Positions 55,201-64,000 of a stretch of 64,000 nt of DNA are shown in pieces. The position numbers and the translations under genes were made by a program. Where the stretch lies: positions 770,343 to 834,342 of the forward strand of contig NMRA01000019.1 in the NCBI GenBank assembly GCA_002633005.1, written 5' to 3'. The notes beneath the pieces were generated by a model. That model had not been told where the DNA came from, searched no databases, and saw nothing but the letters and a program-made list of their open reading frames with translations. Each line of letters begins with the position of its first letter. The stretch's first letter is position 1. The stretch is from Phoronis australis (Eukaryota > Animalia > Phoronida).

Positions 55201-58200
55201 TTCTTCTCATTCACCTTTAATTGGTCTAGTTTACATACGACTTCATATCACACGGTCTTGTTTCTTAGCAACAAAGTGTGGGCCCTCAGCTACTACCTGG
55301 TGACGCGAGGCCGTCAGCTGACTCCCAATGACGTACCTGTGATGACTATGTCCACCTATAATACCTACATGAACGTGAAGAATGCTGCTGGCCTACGGTA
55401 CCAGGTGATCAGCCAGAAGGGTGCGCTACCATATGCGCTTCACAACAGACTGTTCTTCTCTCGTCCTGTACTTAGAGTGGACATGGACCATCTGCAGTCT
55501 GCGATACAAGCTGCTTGGAGACAGTGGGAGGAAGGTATGGTAACATTGCTATACCTTATAAGTTAGGAGTGCCAAAAATCTTTTCCATGTGCTGCCTTAG
55601 AGTGTCCAAGTCTGTTGGTTGTCAACACTTCTACAATACATACTCTGCTAAGTATCAAGCAAAATTTTCTCAAGAATTTAGTATATTCTGACTTGTCATA
55701 CCTTGCCTTAAAATTTGACAAATTAAGGTTTCACCAATTCCGCTACATGGTGTTTTAAGAAGCTTAACCTTAAAGATAAAAATTTGTGATTTGAACGATC
55801 TTCTAGAATCATGTGGTATCCATGTTGTAAATAATATGTTAAATTGACCGCATGGATTTTATTTTTAATTAATTTGTGCACGTTTTTTCTCTCAAACAAT
55901 TGAAATGTAAGCTGAGTGATGAGGATAATTTCATACTTGCCTTCTAGTGATAGTTAATAGTTGGTTGCACTAGTGTTGCACTAACAACATCCTTTGGCTC
56001 ATTTGTCCTGCCAGGGGCCTCAATCCCTTGATTTTGGGGCTGAGCATCGGCCCCATTCCCCTCTGAAAAGAATTGACAAATCACGTGAAACTCCCCTCAT
56101 GAGGCCCAAAAATTACCCTCAAGTGATTGAAAAATTCCCCTGACTCATAGTTCGAATCACTTGTAGCTCACACAGGTGGCAATTTGAAAGAGCACAAAAA
56201 ATTAGTTTTGGATACTTGAGGCAGAGCATCTGGCTCTAAACAGGGCAGGTGGTGCTATTGATGGTGATTGGGGGGCAGAATTTTCCGCTCAAAATTCCCC
56301 CCTCAGAAGGCACCGTCAGGCACCTTTTCCTTCGGTGATCGAGGGCCCTTTACTCCATTTGTTTGAGCAGAAATAAAGTTTTATTGTTCAATACTTTGCA
56401 AATTGTTGCTTCTTAATTCAGTGATTTAATATAATGTATCTGGTGAATGATTTCATTACAACAAAATAATATTCCTTTTAATCTAAAGATAAATTCTTAA
56501 CAAAGCAGTTACTATTAATTTTATTAATGATATGCTGTGATTTATAGATGCTGGTAAGAATGGTTCACTTGTTCACATCAAGGTTTTGGGACAGGAAGAG
56601 TATGTGGATAAAACAGGGTAGGTCGAATAAATACAGAATATAAACATTACACTTTTGATTGATCTCAAGATTTACATTTTGGTTTCATTGGTGCTATCTA
56701 GTGATAGTTACTTTTTGACTGTATTGAGAACCTTTTTCGTACAAATATCTGTAAATTTCATACGTCGTCGAATGTGATCTAGGTTCTCACATACGAAGCC
56801 TGGTGGCTCACAAAATTTGCATGCCTACACTGCTTGCTGTGTGAACTGGAGCCTTCCATCACAAATGCAGTTATGGCCAGATTGTTTTTGTTACCTTTCC
56901 ACCCCGGTTTTACCTCCCTGTCTGCTGTCCCTCATTTTCATTTACATTGTCTTCTTCCAATAATATTATTCTGTGTTTCCAGCAAATCCTACTGGAAGCT
57001 GATGTATTTCACCAAGAGAGATGGTGCCTACTTCCAGTCCAACAAGCAACCCCCTGTTAGTCTCATCTCCTCCAAACTGGGCCTGCCCATGACTTACTAC
57101 AAGAAACTCTACAAAGACCTACTATTGGACCACCAGCCAAGTGGCACTGCACCATTCTCTTACCACTTTTTTATACCACTCAATGAACAACTGAGCCCAT
57201 CGCAGTACTCACGACAAAGTGACTCATTCCGTGACGCCGCTGTCCATTTGAAGTCAGGTACATCTAATTTCTTAGTTACATAGAATCGATGTATAAATTT
57301 CTACAACTCTGACAATCTGCATCTGGTTTAACGACACTGTACGTTATGAAGCACAGTTAATAAAAGTTAGACTCAAGTGAAATATTTACTGGACAAGATG
57401 TATAAAAAATCTTATTTAAAACTCTGCGAAAATATTTGCTTTTAGGATTAAAAGTGTTTCTACTTGTCTGGAGATCTTTGAGCTGTAATACATTAGCGTC
57501 AAGTTCTTGAGACTTAATTTCTATGCACTGTATGCAGTTGTCCAAATAGTTTAATACAACAAACTACTTTCTTTCTAGACCTGGGCAAAAAGAGCGACTT
57601 AAGTGCTGAAATCTTGCCAGCAGCTAAATACACTGGTCCTGAAAGGTAGGAAGTTAAACATACGTCTCTTGAACTATAAGAATCTAGCTGAAAGTTGTGA
57701 AAACTCGGCTTCATGTATGAGCTGCTAGTGGTTTACTTTTAAATTAGACGGTAAGAATCTTGATCTACTTCACAGGGATGTCTACCATCAACTTTTCCGC
57801 CTGTACAAGAATGGTGCTCTAGTCTATCCTGGTGATCACGCTGACCTGCAGCACAGCCTGATACACAGCTACTTCATACGAAACAGCGATCCGATCTACA
57901 ATGTGACCACTAACCGCAGGGGAAAGCAGCGATATGCCATGGCGTTCAATGTTTACACAGACAAATCAATACCTCTCGGAGACCGCTTCAAGTTCAGCAA
58001 GGCTATACAAAAAGCTATGGAAGTTAAATACCCAGGTGGAGCTTTTGTTCTTTGTTTTAGAGTTTGATCCATTCATCTTAAAACTAAATTGATTGTAGCC
58101 TTTGATCAAAATTAAGAAGATGTTCTTAATGTGCTTGAAATGGATTTGCATGTCGGTTAGATTTTTTGCTGTAATTTGCTTTAAGGCATTGTGGGTAATG

Positions 58201-61200
58201 TGCGCAAATGGCTCAATTCTTTTGGCTCAGTCTGTTAATAGTTACAATTGTCTAAGATATTGGGTCATTTGCTTTAAAAGTTTGTCACTTGTAAAGGTGT
58301 TGACGTGATGTTGCTGTTATCATTCTCTAATACACGACAATTAATTTCCAGAAGCCAAAGGTCAACTCGAGGTTTCCCTTGGTCGTGACGAACCCTTCAT
58401 TATACCTGACTGGTAGGCTTTACAAAGTTTTCCTTATAAGTAAATTCAATTTTACATGAAGCATTAAATTCCCTTTTTGAACTAGAATTAGTTTGTGTTG
58501 CTCTTGTTAATATGACTTTTGTGTAAATTAAGGGATATTTTACTGCAGAGTGAGACAAAATGTCATTACAAAAACCTCCCGTATCAACTCCAGATGGCTT
58601 CGGTTTCCAAATCAAGACTAAATCCAAATATCAATCTAGTCCATTGTTAAGTGTTGCCGTGGTCTGTTTTCCGGCATCACAACTCGTGGCCCATCTACCA
58701 CTGTTTCAAAAGTTACTAAATAAAAATGAGTACCAGAGAACCGACAGCTAAACAATGCATCTATTTTGACTAATTTGATCATATGTCTTTGGGGAAAAAA
58801 ATGTTCGACAACTAATTTTTTACAAGAAATTTAATTTCAGAAGCCAATCTGGTTGAAAAATAAACAGTTTTAGTCCCCGACTCCAAGATATATGAATTAA
58901 CTTTAGCCAGTGTTGTGCTGTTGTCATTGTTACTGTGGCTGTTCCAATGTATAAGACACTACACATTCCTGCTACATTTTGTTGCTTGCCTGTTCATGTA
59001 AGATTATTTTTATTTGGCTACCATTCTGTAATTGACATAGCTACTAATCTGTAGTCGTGGCTATTGCTCTGTTGGCATGGCTACCGTTCTGTAGTCATGG
59101 CTGTCACTCGGTTGACATGGCTATCGTTCTGTTCATTGTTGCATCATTTAATTCCAGTAAGAAGGTATGGAAAATATCGGCCTTTGTCACAGTTAACGGC
59201 AAACCACTAGATGGCAGGAAGGAGGTGCCTTTGAGAGCCTCAGAGCTGCAGCCACACACACCATTCAACATTCTTGATGTCATGCAGTCGTCGTCATGGA
59301 AACAATACAACTATCACATGCCTCTGTACTTGAAGGGCCAGCTGGACCCTAAACACATCAGTAAACTGGAGACAGCTCTGGAACAAACATGGAGCAGCCT
59401 GAATAGTGCGTTGCTATTGGTGACTTTCAAAATTAATGACATTAACTGTACAGCACATGCCAAAATGATCTGAGAAAATAACCTGGAATTCTCCGACCTT
59501 GAATCACCCTTCTTGACTGCAGCCACATTTCTTGTTTAAATTCTTAGTTTATAAATTTGAGCAAGATCATTTTGAAGCTTTTTTTGTTCTCAAGATGAGG
59601 TTGACTGGCATTGCTCTCTATGATAGGAGATAAGTTATACTGAATTAAAATTTTCTGGTGTCAGTTATGATTTAACGACAACATGACAATTTTGATGGTC
59701 CATTGTGATATCAGTTTTGATTATTTTTTACTAAATACAAAAAGTCCATGTACTGAAAACACACCAGTCTTATGGTCATTAGCAATAAGTGCTCAATGTG
59801 CTTGGAAATAAAGGTAACAGGTTGGAACTTCACAGAACGAAGCAACGGTAAAATAGTTCCTACACAACTTGAAAGTTGCCCAATGGCCTCTTTCACTGGG
59901 TTATATTTTCATGTTATGTTGAAGCCTTCTACCTCGTCTGTACAAAATTAATTAGTTTGTTCTTGACTGAAACTTAATAATTCGGTATTATGTCCTTATG
60001 TTTCAGTTTATCAAAACTGTAAATGCATCACTGTGAAGATATGCAAAGAACTGTTCCTCTCCCAGGATGGAAAGTAAGTTGCTCACAGGTGTCGCTGCTG
60101 TTAGGGATCGTGGTTGTCTGCAATAATGGAAAATAGACAGAATTCATGGAATCTGACTTGGTTCGCCAGATTGGAGATTTTGAATCAGATTTCTGTATTT
60201 TAGTTGTAAATTCCTTAAATTTGTTTTTAATTACCAAAAATTAACTTAAGAATCAATATGACCCATCAAATTTGATGTATTCTTAATACACTGTCAAGGT
60301 TTGTGGTAGCTGCAATTTTCCTGATGGCAAAAAATTGTCAGGAAGTGAAGAACATAGGGCGTTATTAGACTGAAAATGCTATAAAAAGATTATTAGTTTT
60401 GTTGATGAATTGTTATGAAACTGTGATGGTAAGAATTACACTAATTGTTTTGTGGTGTCTGTCCTGCAATTATGACATCATGCATTGGGGTAGTATTTAG
60501 TAGGCAGAGCATTCAAAATTTCTTGTGTAAACACTATCAATGGTTTTAAATTTGAGCTAACTAAATCTTGACGATGGACAGTTTGGATGTCATTGCATCG
60601 ACTGCAATTCGACAGTTAAGTGATTGTAAAGTTTCTTCAAATGCAAAAAATGAGTAACTTGAGTTGATACAGAAACTGTAAAATTGAGGTATAACTAGGT
60701 CAAGAATGGAGTAACTAGATCAAGAACTGCAACGGCTATGTAACTCACTGATCATTATATAGTCTGGATGTACGTAGATTTGTCATTGGAGGTGTTTCGT
60801 TTTATGAAAGTTTAATGGCTCCAAAACTATGAAGAAATCCTAGGATGTGCAGTTTTTGGAAAATAATCATCTGTGTTTGTTCTGTATTAATTTTCTACTC
60901 ATTACAAGAGAATTGCCAAAATGACTTTCCAGTTTTCAATTTTAAAAGTTATTTCTTGTTGCTACAATTGATCAAATTGTTGCAGCATTTTGTGGCTTCT
61001 GAATGTTAAGGCCTTTCCAGAAATGAAGTTGAAGTATTTTTTTATTTAATGCGCTTCATTTCTGTTATGAAAAGTGACAAAATAAATTAAATGTTCAGTT
61101 TTGTGTGATGACATAATGTGTGGTAAGAAAATGGAGAATCAATGAGTAAAGTATACCATTCTATCTGTAGGGGTTATGTAACCAAGCTGTTGGGTTTCGT

Positions 61201-63710
61201 CTCTGCACGCGGCAAGTTGATTGATGCACGTCAGCTCGACTATCTCCGCAACATCATGGCCGTACGGTTCTGGAATTTAGTGCGACAGCTGGGACTGGAA
61301 TATGCCCAGTCCAAGTTTGTACCCAAACGTTCAACGGACTCATATGATGTGATCGTCAAAGGTGATGCGAACACGGTGGACTTGACCTCATTGAAGAAGG
61401 TGTTGTTAACGGTGTGGAAGAAGAAGTTGAAGGGTGCGTGGGCTAAACTATGTTTAATTATTAGCTAATTGCATCTTGTACTGTTCACATAATTCTTTTG
61501 AACAATTCTTTTCTATATGGTCTCGTCATGTACAGAATATATACATACACAAAACGCACCAAGAGTGGCGTACATGAAGTAATATCCCACGAGACATTAG
61601 TACGCGTATCGACTGAGACGAAAGATCGAGGTTGATAATGCGGAATAATGTTGAGTGGGATATTACTTCATGTACGCCAGTTGAGGTACGTTTTGTATTT
61701 ATCCCATACTCTTAGAATTCCTATGTTTCTTTCATTTTTTCCGCAGATTTTTTAAGTACTTCACTCAGACTGTTCACATGGCGGATCACACCCTATATGT
61801 ATGTACTTGCGCGTTAGGCTGCAAGTTTTTGCTAGTAAAAAACAGTACTGTTTTAAATGTGACGATTTATTTCTTGAAAAGAGATAACAAAGATGAAAAC
61901 AAGCCAGGGTAACTTTTCATTAGGGTAACTTTTCATTGAACTTGTCACATCTCCTGAAAGTAGTTAAATAACAACAATATTTGATATTGTAGTTACCGAG
62001 GGATCGGCGCCTGAGTTGCAGACGATAAAATATTTAGCAAATGAAAACTGAGACAGAACTGTCATACGATTATCAGTCTTGTTCCAGATGTTACGATTGA
62101 GACCTGATTGTGTTATTTACACTGTCTCATGCTATAATTGTATTACTTTTAACTATTTTCCGAAAGTTTGGTGATCGAACCGGCTTACGACGTCAAGTCG
62201 ACATTGACCTACCTTTTGAACTTTTCATGTCAAAGGTCACTGTTGAAGTAGTGCGGGAGGTGAATACGGAAAACTAAATTATTACATGGCCGTATTTCCC
62301 TCGCGTATGGGTTAAAATACAAACCTAAAGTATTCAGACAAATTAATTTGGATTGAATTTCCCATCATGGTTTTTGGGCGGAAGCCGAATTCACGGTTAG
62401 AGTATAGCGTTCTCTCATGATCAAGAATGATGGGGAATTAACTGAAAATTTAGTAAGGTCGCTGATCCATTCTGTAATTAGACTAATTCTGCTGTTCTAA
62501 TAGTCATTACCTGTAGGTTTCACTGTTTACGGAATTAGTCGTCATGATGGGAAAACGATATTTTGCTCGGTTATTTTTGTCTTGTGTATTTCAACAAGCT
62601 GACCACATGACTGTGTAGAAATTGGTGTGCTTTTGATTGCTGATAAAGTATAATGAAAAATGGTAAAAGTAATACATATTATTTGCATTACTAGACACTC
62701 CAGCTATTTAGTTGCGGGTAAATTTGTAACATAAAGAAAGAGCATACCTAGTACTAGAGCACTCAGGTTCGTTTCTCTTTGAGTTGTTTCAACTTGTTAT
62801 AATGAGAGTATGATAATATGTGGCAACGCCACAATTTTTTTGACCTGTAAATTGTTTGGTAATAGAATTGTAAGAGTTATAAATCATACATTTTTGCATT
62901 CCCTGCAGATGAGAACAGCACTGTGACATTCTCCAACCTACAGAGTTATTTCGGCAACAATGGTGAACGTCTGCTGAGAATCTCTTACGTTGTGCAGGAC
63001 GGTAATGGGACCAAGCAAATACCTGTGAACACTGAGTCGCCACGGACGACAACCCTGATCCGCGCAGCCGAGGATAACAAGCTGCAGGTGGGTGATGTGT
63101 GACTTCATGAATTAAGTCACCATGTTGGCAATATATTCTGCAAATTACACATTTTGAGGTCAGCATTGTCAACCAGCTTCTTAGTGTTGAGCAGCCATTC
63201 TGGGGCACGATAATGTTGGTCGTGGCAGTCATAGACACGTTATTGCAAACTCTGTCCTGTTTTATAATCACCCAATGAAATAGTTGGTCATAGGAACGAG
63301 AATTTGGCATTTCCAACAGTCATTTATCATACATGAATAACAACTTCCATCATGATTATGTCTAAATGTTACGTCTCTCACGTTTCTTCTGCTATTTTTG
63401 ATTGGGCAAGCCACAATGATCATTGTGCAAAGGTTATATTAATATGTTTTGCTGACTGATGATGCCATTTATTTCAAATTTATAACTAACACTTACACTA
63501 TTCACTTGACTACTTGATATGGTTGTAAGATATTTACGAGTACATGGCTCATCATTTGCCCTAATTAACCCCAGGTAAGCTTCCACGATGGTGGGCTGGG
63601 TACAGAGAAGAAGAGTCTACACACACTGACAGTGGACAAGGCTGTGTACTACAATAACAGGAAGGGTCTGGAGCAAGCACTGATGGCATCGTGGGCCAAG
63701 AACACAACGT
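18799..63710 (+). CDS. Giant secreted/membrane protein: signal peptide + MNNL/C2-like + truncated DSL + 4 EGF + >=18-19 tandem ~110-aa alpha/beta (SEA-like) repeats; 43 exons, 3'-incomplete
   Basis: 43 GT-AG exons with continuous phase, 7105 nt summed; exons listed separately. Confidence 0.88.
19647..19834 (+). CDS. Exon 2 (MNNL N-terminal part)
   Basis: GGTFVVKMVEQKNPTGRDYHGNCCDGDEKNGFCQTPC. Confidence 0.85.
20708..20879. mobile_element. Short MITE with perfect 15-bp TIRs
   Basis: CATGCGTGCACCCAG / CTGGGTGCACGCATG; flanks TGATA / TGATC (imperfect 5-bp TSD). Confidence 0.8.
21302..21419 (+). CDS. Exon 3 (MNNL)
   Basis: ...ITFPTDNPGFTNPVYGKIKRWR|GTAAGT. Confidence 0.8.
21848..22011 (+). CDS. 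Exon 4 (MNNL/C2 C-terminal part)
   Basis: YNVTISATLRKD...LIDTF...LEGRRPNNAS; phases 0/2. Confidence 0.8.
22667..22816. mobile_element. GC-rich MITE dimer, same family as 2081-2217
   Basis: Reverse-complement similarity to 2081-2217. Confidence 0.7.
23171..23251. mobile_element. GC-rich MITE monomer, same family
   Basis: CATGGGCAGCGCACC ... GTGCTGCGCCGCCTATG. Confidence 0.65.
24737..24991 (+). CDS. Exon 5 (half DSL + EGF1 + start of EGF2)
   Basis: CNPNFYDRDCSRYC; CSHDPCKNGGTC...CSCPAAWTGSQC. Confidence 0.9.
26298..26458 (+). CDS. Exon 6 (EGF2 + calcium-binding EGF3)
   Basis: [41 protein letters not shown]. Confidence 0.92.
27423..27677 (+). CDS. Exon 7 (EGF4 + start of repeat 1)
   Basis: CESRPCRNGGHC...CSCVGRYVGRVC then VYLNGK...LIKMWYKRRP. 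Confidence 0.92.
27997..28362. mobile_element. hAT-like element end, truncated at an assembly N
   Basis: CAGGGCTTGG terminus with repeated TTTCCGC subterminal motifs; absent from the duplicate flank copy at ~28527. Confidence 0.6.
29093..29163 (-). mobile_element. tRNA-derived SINE head
   Basis: Minus strand: GGCAGTGTAGCCTAGTGAG (A box)...GGTTCGAATCCC (B box); no clean acceptor stem. Confidence 0.65.
30685..30751 (+). CDS. Exon 8 (small repeat exon)
   Basis: LANCKCITHEPVSVEDYIDSKG; phase 1/2. Confidence 0.85.
31141..31222. repeat. (GA)n/(GGGA)n microsatellite with an internal N
   Basis: Direct observation. Confidence 0.95.
31728..31904 (+). CDS. Exon 9
   Basis: NDVTKVTYRLLINGIPVD...; phase 2/2. 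Confidence 0.85.
33160..33260 (+). CDS. Exon 10
   Basis: QLHFDVNFKG...KLEKAFLNTFLVKYP. Confidence 0.85.
33982..34048 (+). CDS. Exon 11
   Basis: RKGCNCVEFDIKQQQVFTDVFG. Confidence 0.85.
34767..35035 (+). CDS. Exon 12
   Basis: NKVTRLLYTM...KVKQQLEKTYEKLDP. Confidence 0.88.
36169..36229 (+). CDS. Exon 13
   Basis: LKGKVQVQILKQEPYVTSDG. Confidence 0.85.
36567..36841 (+). CDS. Exon 14
   Basis: KTISSVKYKVLVDG...KLKDSLLQAWLTQKP. Confidence 0.88.
37288..37351 (+). CDS. Exon 15
   Basis: LSKESTDVEITSVKPMVNNRG. Confidence 0.82.
37847..37977 (+). CDS. Exon 16
   Basis: EMIYKVNYFLKVNGKRVD... Confidence 0.85.
38497..38692 (+). CDS. Exon 17
   Basis: ...KLKTSLKKAVEAKYPRLGKVKITTLPQQEYTTSDG. Confidence 0.87.
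39607..39878 (+). CDS. Exon 18
   Basis: KTVHKLLYKV...KLESDIKNTITKFMP. Confidence 0.88.
40040..40105 (-). mobile_element. tRNA-derived SINE remnant
   Basis: Minus strand: TGGCTCAGTGG A box and GTTTCGAGTCCC B box. Confidence 0.55.
40412..40475 (+). CDS. Exon 19
   Basis: LKGKNVKITIKGQEEYLDKNG. Confidence 0.85.
41006..41262 (+). CDS. Exon 20
   Basis: NKRSRLYYTVDADGK...KFEKAIKDAWLKFKP. Confidence 0.88.
41857..41920 (+). CDS. Exon 21
   Basis: LKNRNISVEVNSVKKYLDSNG. Confidence 0.85.
42223..42488 (+). CDS. Exon 22
   Basis: KERWKLSYYVMDNGK...VEQALTEAWSQKHP. Confidence 0.88.
42737..42794 (+). CDS. Exon 23
   Basis: LKHLNVKIARQDEVLTENG. Confidence 0.85.
43134..43414 (+). CDS. Exon 24
   Basis: DTLWKATYFVYSG...KIAKALQMAHQATMP. 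Confidence 0.87.
43863..43905 (+). CDS. Exon 25
   Basis: VTLKIVTDELYAEG; phase 1/2. Confidence 0.8.
45065..45333 (+). CDS. Exon 26
   Basis: QKLLYRLIYFVMDKKG...KFAGALRNHW. Confidence 0.87.
45833..45887 (+). CDS. Exon 27
   Basis: GDFKFSFMSQEEHVTSKG. Confidence 0.82.
46368..46648 (+). CDS. Exon 28
   Basis: ETLYKFPFVVFENDRPLDG...QLSKVLKDYWLLVYP. Confidence 0.87.
47959..48025 (+). CDS. Exon 29
   Basis: LKNCSCLEIDMKNVQSGKDVKG. Confidence 0.84.
48438..51949. mobile_element. Degenerate ISL2EU-like DNA transposon (3.5 kb) in intron 29
   Basis: AT|GGGGCTATTCGGA...TCCGAATAGCCCC|AT; subterminal GTACTAGTGGTGAT mirror; minus-strand SAP-like and YqaJ-like remnants. Confidence 0.8.
49774..51857 (-). pseudogene. 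SAP + YqaJ/lambda-exonuclease-like transposon ORF, disrupted
   Basis: QLNLRLRKKGVSMRGSKHDLIQR|gt (~51830-51764); TPAVLHGTMCKSVALEK (~50240); SGLSVYPDELYLTATQISLVGED (~50150); LKLKKT*SH; VFTFKGLIVDVI...KLDLFY; stops and frameshifts present. Confidence 0.7.
51994..52326 (+). CDS. Exon 30
   Basis: KPLYRYLYSLKVNN...RVEQSLKKLF...TCNCVSVKVVNQTQLANG. Confidence 0.88.
52757..53400. repeat. Degenerate (ACC/ATC)n low-complexity tract with an N at 53220
   Basis: Direct observation; produces poly-T/P/G/V ORFs in several frames. Confidence 0.9.
53419..53660 (+). CDS. Exon 31
   Basis: SHAITVDG...KMRTSLRKAWLSVIPD. Confidence 0.83.
54284..54344 (+). CDS. Exon 32
   Basis: YKTDFDVRLKSREPAVDANG. Confidence 0.84.
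54630..54825. repeat. Near-perfect ~80-bp inverted repeat, possibly Penelope pLTR-derived
   Basis: AACTTTAAAATTAGCGCGTAAGTAAACAAAG...TTCTCAAGA / TCTTGAGAA...CTTTGTTTACTTACGCGCTAATTTTAAAGTT. Confidence 0.85.
55269..55534 (+). CDS. Exon 33
   Basis: NKVWALSYYLVTRG...HLQSAIQAAWRQWEE. Confidence 0.87.
56012..56349. mobile_element. Degenerate hAT-like MITE
   Basis: CAGGGGCCTCAAT start and ATCGAGGGCCCT end; internal AATTCCCC repeats. Confidence 0.45.
56548..56617 (+). CDS. Exon 34
   Basis: AGKNGSLVHIKVLGQEEYVDKTG. Confidence 0.85.
56983..57257 (+). CDS. Exon 35
   Basis: KSYWKLMYFTKRDG...SDSFRDAAVHLKS. Confidence 0.85.
57579..57645 (+). CDS. Exon 36
   Basis: LGKKSDLSAEILPAAKYTGPE; phase 1/2. Confidence 0.78.
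57776..58035 (+). CDS. Exon 37
   Basis: DVYHQLFRLYKNG...KFSKAIQKAMEVKYP. Confidence 0.86.
58352..58412 (+). CDS. Exon 38
   Basis: AKGQLEVSLGRDEPFIIPD. Confidence 0.8.
59158..59405 (+). CDS. Exon 39
   Basis: KKVWKISAFVTVNGKPLDG...KLETALEQTWSSLN. Confidence 0.87.
60007..60073 (+). CDS. Exon 40
   Basis: YQNCKCITVKICKELFLSQDGK. Confidence 0.83.
61171..61433 (+). CDS. Exon 41
   Basis: GYVTKLLGFVSARGKLIDA...SLKKVLLTVWKKKLK. Confidence 0.86.
61545..62316. mobile_element. Non-autonomous element with a palindromic head (Crypton-like)
   Basis: Hairpin TGGCGTACATGAAGTAATATCCCAC / GTGGGATATTACTTCATGTACGCCA around a GAGACGAAAGATCGAG loop; TTATCCCATAC at ~61699 mirrored by GTATGGGTTAA at ~62305. Confidence 0.55.
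62909..63087 (+). CDS. Exon 42
   Basis: ENSTVTFSNLQSYFGNNGERLLRISYVVQDGNG...; phase 1/0. Confidence 0.84.
63575..63710 (+). CDS. Exon 43 (last in window; gene continues)
   Basis: VSFHDGG...GLEQALMASWAKNTT|GTGAGT. Confidence 0.84.
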
Positions 63711-64000
63711 GTGAGTCTATCACGTCTGTTGTGTTGTCAAACACTAGTCATGGGCCTGTCTCANATGGTACCAATAAACAACCCTAGAAGGATACCGTAT
63801 GCGGTGCAATTGTGGGCGCATTTCAACGCTCCGCGTTGCTCTTGTTTTGATTGGGCAAGCCACAATGATAATTGTGCAAAGGGTATATGGTATTACTGAC
63901 TGATGATGCCATTTATTTTAAATTTATAACTAACACTTACACTATTCACTTGACTACTTGATGTGGTTGTAAAATATTTGTGAGGAGGCTCATCATTTGC

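Noticed and set aside
59015-59135. Hydrophobic signal-like ORF start (MAIALLAWLPF) before exon 39
   Set aside because: Degenerate ~20-bp intronic tandem repeat with a GTG start; the real acceptor is at 59157
62789-63316. 175-aa minus-strand ORF
   Set aside because: Antisense to exon 42, with no recognisable motif

Overview
AT-rich, intron-rich animal genomic DNA, probably from a marine invertebrate (lineage is inference); it is not prokaryotic, and most of the ORF track is noise or exon fragments. Three genes can be read by hand. (1) Exon 1 of a Tlx/Hox11/C15 homeobox gene (minus strand, 4502-3974), whose homeodomain exons would lie left of the window. (2) A two-exon, very basic Arg/Lys/Ser-rich protein with a Cys/His cluster (minus strand, 16227-16100 + 13754-13016, 288 aa), protamine-like. 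(3) A giant plus-strand gene starting at 18799 and running off the right end. I traced 43 GT-AG exons with continuous phase (about 7.1 kb CDS, about 2,370 aa so far). They encode a signal peptide, a Notch-ligand MNNL/C2-like domain, a half DSL motif, 4 EGF repeats and at least 18-19 divergent ~110-aa alpha/beta repeats, most built from a small+large exon pair. Introns and spacers hold a degenerate ISL2EU-like transposon (SAP + YqaJ remnants), several MITEs, a 1.5-kb foldback, tRNA-derived SINE heads, a LINE remnant and simple repeats. Two duplications across single Ns look like merged haplotypes. All coordinates and translations were derived manually; no searches were run.
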